A DNA stretch of 64,000 nt from Octopus vulgaris (taxonomy: Eukaryota). The notes under the pieces are model-generated. The model was not told the DNA's origin. It searched no databases and saw nothing but the letters and a program-made list of their open reading frames with translations. The stretch lies in the NCBI GenBank assembly GCA_951406725.2, contig OX597837.1, positions 26,598,001-26,662,000 of the forward strand. Reading direction: 5' to 3'. How positions within the stretch are numbered: position 1 is the first letter of the stretch; each line of letters begins with the position of its first letter. Shown here in pieces: positions 55,977 through 64,000 of this stretch. The position numbers and the translations under genes were made by a program.

Positions 55977-56195
55977 CCCTTTGGTATTTAAACCGACCAT
56001 ATCCGGCCAAAATAGCTAGTCTGTTTTATGTTCAAACTGACCAGATCCAGGCTCTCACACCTACCCTACAATGTTATTCTACATTAAGTAATTACACCAT
56101 CAAGATCTTGAAGATATGAGATAATGCTTGATTAATTCAAATCAATGGGAATCAATAAGCATTATGTTTGATAGAATAATCTGAACACTAAAGGG
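55977..56195. mobile_element. piggyBac-like MITE
   Basis: TTAA|CCCTTTGGTATTTA ... TGAACACTAAAGGG|TTCA (decayed TTAA). Confidence 0.6.
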
Positions 56196-56353
56196 TTCAG
56201 GTTCGCCACGAGGGTTGATTTCCATGTTTCTTCGACGTGAACGCGCGCCAAAGATTAATTCCTCGGCACAAAACCAACCCAGAAAACCAGATTAAAGAAA
56301 GCGATGACGTCAGCAGATGTTGCGAAAGGCTACTGGGGTGATGGTGAAGTAAT

Positions 56354-56563
56354 GAAAAAGAAGTAATTTCTACTCTTCTCCTCTGGAGGCCATCTACTCG
56401 CAATACCAGAGGGCGCACACTCTCCTACCCTGATGTAATCTCCAGGGATACAGGCATCCAGCAACAGGACCTCCGTAATGCTATGATGGACCGTGAAGTC
56501 TGGCGTAGCATAGTAAATTCCATTGTCTCGACCACGGTCGAACAATGATGATGATGATGATGA
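56354..56563 (+). mobile_element. 3' end of an RTE-clade LINE (C-terminal 64 codons, (TGA)n tail)
   Basis: EKEVISTLLLWRPSTRNTRGRTLSYPDVISRDTGIQQQDLRNAMMDREVWRSIVNSIVSTTVEQ*, fitting the RTE C-terminal pattern LLW.P..RGR..D..RD....DR..WR..V; no stops. Confidence 0.85.
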
Positions 56564-56865
56564 TGAGGGTGAGGGTGAGGTGATGGTAGTAGTTTTGGAG
56601 TATCTTGTGGGAACAGAACCTCGGAACATTTTTTTTTAAAGTGAAACGATTATTACTGACATCCAACTCTTGGAATCGGCGGAGTGGAGATTGGTGAGGA
56701 GACGACTGTCCTCTACGTGGTCTCTCGATTTGCTAGAAATAACAGTCAAGTAGTTATCATCAAGTCACATTGAACAATTTAGACCAGCAGTTCTCAACTG
56801 AGATCTAAATGAGCCTTGGGGACCCGTATAAGATTTTGTTGTTAAAATTTATCGGAAATAGGCAA

Positions 56866-57375
56866 TAGGAAATGGCTGTGTGGTAAGAAGGTTGCATCCA
56901 AACCATATGGTTCTGAGTTCAGTACCACTGCGTGTCACCTTGGGCAAGTGTCCTCTACTATAGCCTCGGTTCGAGGCTATAGTAGAGGACATTTGAGTGG
57001 ATTTAGTATGGCAATAAACCATATGAGTGGATTTAGTAGACAGAAACTGAAGGAAGTCGTCGTATGTGTGTGTGTGTGGAGGCGCAATGGCCCAGTGGTT
57101 AGGGCAGCGAACACGCGGTCGTAGGATCGCGGTTTCGATTCCCTGACCGGGCGTTGTGAGTGTTTATTGAGCGAAAACACCAAAAGTTCCAAGAGGCTCC
57201 GGCAGGGGATGGTGGGGATACCTGCTGTACTCTTTCACCACAACTTTCTCTCACTCTTTCTTCTGTTGTGAGTTAGCCAGCGGGGTGACGTCATTTGATG
57301 GCTAAAACAATGCGAAGCGCATTGTGACCCCCCTGTGTGTGTATGTTTATGTGTGTTTCTGTGTTTGCCCCCCCC
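56866..57375 (+). mobile_element. Old SINE family B interrupted in its internal (TG)n by a SINE family A copy (57077-57330, tail type E)
   Basis: B head at 56866-57062, then TGGAGGCGCAATGGCCCAGTGG..., then B resumes with (TG)n..GTGTTTGCCCC. Confidence 0.8.
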
Positions 57376-57460
57376 CCCCCGTTGGAATATTGGTTATCAA
57401 CGAGTAGTCCTTATATGTACGACAAAGATGTTTTGCTGCTCCGTTGCTGCTTCTGAAGGG

Positions 57461-57658
57461 TCTCTCTTTTACTTGTTTCAGTCATTTGACTGCGGGCCAT
57501 GCTGGAGCACCGCCTTTAGTCGAGCAAATCGACCCCGGGACTTATTCTTTTTGTAAGCCCAGTACTTATTCTATCGATCTCTTTTGCCGAACCGCTAAGT
57601 AACGAGGACGTAAACACACCAGCATCGGTTGTCAAGCAATGCTAGGGGGACAAACACA

Positions 57659-57720
<62 letters not shown>

Positions 57721-57885
57721 TACGACAGGCTTCTTTCAGTTTCCGTCTACCAAATCCACTCACAAGGCATTGGTCGGCCCGAGGCTATAGCAGAAGACAC
57801 TTGCCCAAGATGCCACGCAGTGGGACTGAACCCGGAACCATGTGGTTGGTTAGCAAGCTACTTACCACACAGCCACTCCTGCGCC
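57461..57885 (-). mobile_element. SINE family B, full length
   Basis: Colinear with the other copies. Confidence 0.92.
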
Positions 57886-58118
57886 TCGACCATTATGTCA
57901 ATGGAACTGAAGCGGTCTAGTCGTTGATAATCTATATTCCAACAGGTGGAGAGTACAAACAGTTACTGTGTTCTTCCAGCAGTTGCTCTGCCAGAACTAA
58001 GTTACCCTCTTGAGGTGAGGAATCCCAGGAGATTTTCTCAGTTTCCGACATAACGAACCTAGTACTGAATCGGTTGGATGACCAGGAACAGATATAGAAC
58101 CCAACAAGCTTTTTTTTT

Positions 58119-58584
<466 letters not shown>

Positions 58585-58940
58585 AGATTAAAGCTGGATG
58601 CAATTACGAAATAGAACAAACGTTCGTATAAAACTGTGTAGTTTAAGTGGTTTAATCGAACTTGACCATTATGTCAATGGAACTGAAGCGGTAATTGTTT
58701 TTTAAATACTTCAAGAAAAGCTTTACGATTGGAACGTTCTGGGTTTGCCATTTCTCGTATTTCTATTTTCGAAACGTTATGATTGCTAATGCAAGAGTCT
58801 CGAGTCAGAGTCTGAGGGCCAAGCACGACTCTTGTTTGCACGACTCTTGTTTCCGCTCCAACTCGCTCATTCACTAAAGTTTACCTCATTTGTTGGATGT
58901 GTAATTCTTCTGTATTTTCTGCATTGCAATTACGACTCGT

Positions 58941-59004
<64 letters not shown>

Positions 59005-59095
59005 ATATGTATGCATATATATTTACACACACACACACACACATATATATTTATATATATATGCATATATATATATACACATATATCTGTATATA

Positions 59096-59239
<144 letters not shown>

Positions 59240-59378
59240 CATATATATGTATATATATATGCATATATATATATATACATATATATAAATATATATACAG
59301 ATATATGTGTATATATATATGCATATATATATATAAATATGTGTGTGTGTGTGTGTGTAAATATATATGCATACATAT

Positions 59379-59429
<51 letters not shown>

Positions 59430-59596
59430 TATGTACATACATATGTGTTTATACACACACACACACACACACGTTATATGTGTGTGTGGGCTTGAAATAT
59501 TTCTCTTCAGTATTTTAAAACTGTTAAAGACACCGCGCCCATTTTCTTTCGTATTTATTTCTGCTTATTTTGTTCTTGTTGTTCTTGTTGTTCTTG

Positions 59597-59679
<83 letters not shown>

Positions 59680-59980
59680 TGATGTAATTGTTGGGGAGTG
59701 GAGCAATTGGAAAATTGTCATTGTTTATCCACCCCACCTCTTTTATTTCTTTACGTGCCAATATCTACCTCCTGTTATGGCGGTAAAAGACAGACTTCAG
59801 ATAAAGGATAGAACGACACACACTACAAGGGTCTATCTTTATATCCTGCTACGGCAGCAAGACAGAACCCTCTGATAAGGGACAATACATGTATCTTCAC
59901 CATCTACACACTCACATACTGGCCTTCTTTTTCATGGTCTGTAAAATCCTTTAGTTCTTTTCTTTAACCTTCTCCCGTTA

Positions 59981-60015
<35 letters not shown>

Positions 60016-60343
60016 CATTCTTTCTTTCTCTCTCTCTCTCTCTCTTTCTCTCTCGCCTTCCATGAATCTATCCCAGTTTTTGGAAACCTGCTGCGCTGTC
60101 CCCATTTCTGAAAACGTGGGGTTACCTTTCTGACCCAGACAACCACTGACCTAATTCTCTTTCAACACCTCACCTCCTTCAATAGTCCTTCCCTTCTTTC
60201 TCTCCCCCTTTCTCTCCTTACCCTCTCTTTTCTTTATGTCCCCCCCGTCCCCGAACCGTTTCCTTAGAACCAACTTTTTGCCCAAACTAGTAAACGCGAA
60301 GAAAGCAATTTCAATGCCAATGTCCACATCAAATACAATGACT

Positions 60344-60640
60344 TTGGTTTATGATAGATCTTACTTGACTCTGTTGGTTTATGAAAGATCTTACTTGACT
60401 CTGTTGGTTTATGAAAGATCTTACTTGACTCTGTTGGTTTATGATAGATCTTACTTGACTCTGTTGGTTTATGAAAGATCTTACTTTGCTCTGTTGGTTT
60501 ATGATAGATCTTACTTGACTCTGTTGGTTTATGATAGATCTTACTTGACTCTGTTGGTTTATGATAGATCTTACTTGACTCTGTTGGTTTATGATAGATC
60601 TTACTTGGCTCTGTTGGTTTATGATAGATCTTACCTGACT
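60344..60640 (+). repeat. 30-bp minisatellite, about 10 copies
   Basis: Unit CTGTTGGTTTATGA(T/A)AGATCTTACTTGACT with 0-2 differences per unit. Confidence 0.95.
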
Positions 60641-60784
60641 CTCATATTTTCAATTTGACGAAGCTTCTTTTTATGACCCACACCATTTCAGCATAGTCCA
60701 ACAAAGGTTCTTTCCCCTTATCAAGTGTTGTGTGCTACATAATTCCGCCATGTACCCCTCATTCTTCCTCTTGCATATATGAGT

Positions 60785-60995
60785 TTCAAATATTGTCACA
60801 AGGCCAGTAATTTCGGGGGGGGGGGTAAAGTCGATTAGATCGACCCTATGATTCAACTGGTATTTATTTTGTCTACCCCGAAAGAATAAAAGGCGAAGTC
60901 ACCTCGACTGAATTTGAACCCAGAACGTAAAAATGAACAAAACACCGCAGAACATTTTGTCCGGCGTACCAGTAATTCCGTCAAATCACCGCTTT
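60785..60995 (-). mobile_element. SINE family C, diverged
   Basis: CACAAGGCCAGTAATTTCGGG..AACTGGTATTTATTTTG..GAATTTGAACCCAGAACGTAA. Confidence 0.7.
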
Positions 60996-61311
60996 CCCTG
61001 CTGTATATATTAACAACACGAACGACTCCATTTCTCCTCCTGTCTAACCTTCTTCATCACACAGACTCCTAACCTACAATCCTCACCATAGACATTTCGC
61101 TTTCTGCTGCCATCAACAAATATCTCGCTCCTATTTATCAGGGAAACACCAGCCTGGTCTGAGCAAATGAGCCTGTCATTCTTCCTGCAAGTATGGCTGT
61201 GCAGTCAAGAAATCCGCAACCAACTGGCTTTTATCGAAGCTGTGAGGTGACCAGTATTTGAGATTTTCATCGAAGGAAACTGTGCAGAAGTTCTAGTGTT
61301 ATGTGTAACAC

Positions 61312-61464
61312 AGGCATGACTGTGTGGTGGTAAGGAGCTTGATTTCCAACCACGTAAATCGCTCCCATTACGGGGCACCTTCGGCAAGTGCTTTTTACTA
61401 TAGCTCTAAAGTGACCAAAGCCTTGTGAATGGATCTGATAGGTAGAAACTGAAAGAGAAACTAG

Positions 61465-61563
<99 letters not shown>

Positions 61564-61645
61564 TGCGTGTGTCTTTGTGTCTGCGTTTGTTCCCAACCAC
61601 CGCTTGACAACCGATGTTGGTATGTTTACGCCTCGGTAACTTAAC
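61312..61645 (+). mobile_element. SINE family B, old diverged 5' two-thirds
   Basis: ACCAAAGCCTTGTGAATGGATCTG..GAAACTGAAAGA..CGCTTGACAACCGATG. Confidence 0.7.
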
Positions 61646-61687
61646 ATACATACTTACACACATATATGTATGTATTGCGTGTTTGTG

Positions 61688-61718
<31 letters not shown>

Positions 61719-61903
61719 TTAAATGAAAACACATGTATGTATGCATATACATATCAGAATGTATATACTCAGTCAAAGCCGTATACAGACACATATACAC
61801 ACATGTATATATATATATACACTTCGCTCGTTTCTCAGCACATTTATATACACCTACCTAGAGACAGGGACACATATATATTGTGTTGTTCCGGCAGCCT
61901 CTC

Positions 61904-61970
<67 letters not shown>

Positions 61971-62217
61971 TACAAACACACACATTCATAATGCTTTGCA
62001 TTTTCACACAAGGATGGTTATACAGCTTCATTATACACTCCTATATACACTCATGTATCTATATACGCATAATATAGTTCACATAATCAGATATACACAG
62101 ATCGAGTGTATGAGTACGTACATGTTCTACACACACATATATACACACATATACATACACACATACACACATCCGCATCCACACGGTTCGTCGCTCCATC
62201 AATCACTCACACCCACA

Positions 62218-62270
<53 letters not shown>

Positions 62271-62301
62271 CACTTACACACACATTACATATAAACTTGA
62301 C

Positions 62302-63243
62302 AAGGCGGCGAGCTGGCAGAATCGTTAGCACGCCGGGCGAAAAATGCTTTGCGGTATTTCGTCTGCGTTACGTTGTGAGTTCAAATTCCGCCGAGGTCGA
62401 CTTTGCCTTTCATCCTTTCGGGGTCGATAAATTAAGTACCAGTTACGCACTGGGGTCGATGTAATCGACTTAATACCTATGTCTGTCCTTGTTTGTCCCC
62501 TCTGTGTTTAGCTCCTTGTGGGTAATAAAGAAATAGGTATTTCGTCTGCCTTACGTTGTGAGTTCAAATTCGCCGAGGTCGACTTTGCCTTTCATCCTTT
62601 CGGGGTCGATAAATTAAGTACCAGTTACGCACTGGGGTCGATGTAATCGACTTAATACCTATGTCTGTCCTTGTTTGTCCCCTCTGTGTTTAGCTCCTTG
62701 TGGGTAATAAAGAAATAGGTATTTCGTCTGTCGCTACGTTCTGAGTTCAAATTCCGCCGAGGTCGACTTTGCCTTTCATCCTCTCGGGGTCGATAAATTA
62801 AGTACCAGTTACGCACTGGGGTCGATGTAATCGACTTAATACCTATGTTTGTCCCCTCTGTGTTTAGCCCCTTGTGGGTAGTAAAGAAATAGGTATTTCG
62901 TCTGCGTTACGTTGTGAGTTCAAATTCCGCCGAGGTCGACTTTGCCTTTCATCCTTTCGGGGTCGATAAATTAAAGTACCAGTTACGCACTGGGGTCGAT
63001 GCAATCGACTTAATACCTATGTCTGTCCTTGTTTGTCCCCTCTGTGTTTAGCCCCTTGTGGGTAATAAAGAAATAGGTATTTCGTGTGTCGTTACGTTCT
63101 GAGTTCAAATACCGCCGAGGTCGACTTTACCTTTCATCCTCTCGGGGTCGATAAATAAAGTACCAGTTTCGCACTGGGTCGATGTAATCGACTTATCCTT
63201 TTGTCCCCTCTATGTTTAGCCCCTTGTGGGTAGTAAAGAAATA
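62302..63243 (+). mobile_element. SINE family C pentamer within a single 14-bp TSD
   Basis: Head 62302-62352, then units at 62353, 62536, 62718, 62892 and 63076 (183, 182, 174, 184, 168 bp); TSD TACATATAAACTTG at 62286-62299 and 63244-63257. Confidence 0.93.
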
Positions 63244-63269
63244 TACATATAAACTTGCACGCGCGCATA

Positions 63270-63490
63270 TATTGGGGGCGTGTTGAAAAATTCCTGGCTT
63301 TAAAGGTGTCGCGAAAGGCCTGGTTGAAGGCCCGGCCTCGTAGATTCTTTTACAGGGCTTAGAAAAACTGAAGGAGCGCTGCAATAAGTGTGGGAATCTG
63401 AGAGGGGGGAATATGTTGAACAAAATGGTAATTAAATGAATCCTCCTGTATTTTCTTTTACCCCAAACCGGGAATTTCAGCACCCCCTAC
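63270..63490 (+). mobile_element. Non-autonomous mariner deletion derivative
   Basis: Degenerate TIRs GGGGGCGTGTTGAAAAATTCCTGGCTTT / AAACCGGGAATTTCAGCACCCCC; internal GLEKLKERCNKCGNLRG(fs)EYVE resembles the mariner transposase C-terminus. Confidence 0.7.
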
Positions 63491-63854
63491 CTTGGTGTGT
63501 ATGTATGTATGTATGTATGTATGTATGTATGTATGTATGTATGTATGTATGTATGTATGTATGTATGTATGTATGTATGTATGTATGCATGTATGTGTGT
63601 GTGTGTATGTATGTATGTATATGTATGGATGGATGGATGGATAGATGGATGGATGGATGGATGCATGTATGTATGTATGTATGTATGTATGTATGTATGT
63701 ATGTATGTATGTATGCATGTATGTATGTATGTATATATGCATGTATGTATGTATATATGTATGTATGTATGTATCCATCTATCTATCTATGTATCTATGT
63801 ATGTGTCTCTGTGTGTATGTATGTATATATATATATGTATATATATATATATAC

Positions 63855-63897
<43 letters not shown>

Positions 63898-63898
63898 T

Positions 63899-63976
<78 letters not shown>

Positions 63977-64000
63977 GAGGGCATTATTACACATAAATGC

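Larger units (their letters stand above)
60069..61160 (+). pseudogene. Highly decayed CR1/L2/Jockey-type LINE RT remnants
   Basis: 60069-60161 translates YPSFWKPAALSPFLKTWGYLSDPDNH*PNSL (cf. P..WK.A.V.PI.K.G....P.NYRPISL). Fainter matches to later RT motifs lie near 60700, 60992 and 61103 in the expected order. Confidence 0.45.

Noticed and set aside
60236-60658. 140-aa ORF with LLVYDRSYLT repeats
   Set aside because: A consequence of a 30-bp stop-free minisatellite unit.
62353-63243. CRISPR array or hammerhead retrozyme
   Set aside because: Head-to-tail units without unique spacers; no CUGANGA/GAAA core found on either strand.

Overview
Eukaryotic, AT-rich and extremely microsatellite-dense DNA, most consistent with an octopod cephalopod nuclear genome. 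The evidence is a mollusc-type mitochondrial 16S fragment and tRNA-derived SINEs resembling the octopus OR/OK families. Almost all ORFs in the supplied track are microsatellite or SINE artefacts. One credible coding exon is present (13968-14438, +; signal-peptide-like stretch, CxxxC, strong GAG|GTAAGA donor), so the downstream ~50 kb is probably intron. The rest is about 40 SINE copies from four families, several MITEs (Merlin-, piggyBac- and mariner-like), an RTE LINE 3' end, a decayed CR1/L2-like RT and a 30-bp minisatellite. The main hidden signal is about ten minimal type-I hammerhead-ribozyme-like motifs, mostly in short islands embedded in (TA)n tracts. They show recurrent core variants (U4C; U3-A8), helix-I covariation, and two fold-back arrangements; these are probably Penelope-like element termini. 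Other notable items are a 120-bp mitochondrial 16S NUMT wedged between a SINE body and its (AAG)n tail, a SINE pentamer inside one 14-bp TSD, a SINE flanked by a 137-bp duplication, and one SINE head joined to six different tails. All calls were made by eye; family names are unverified against databases.
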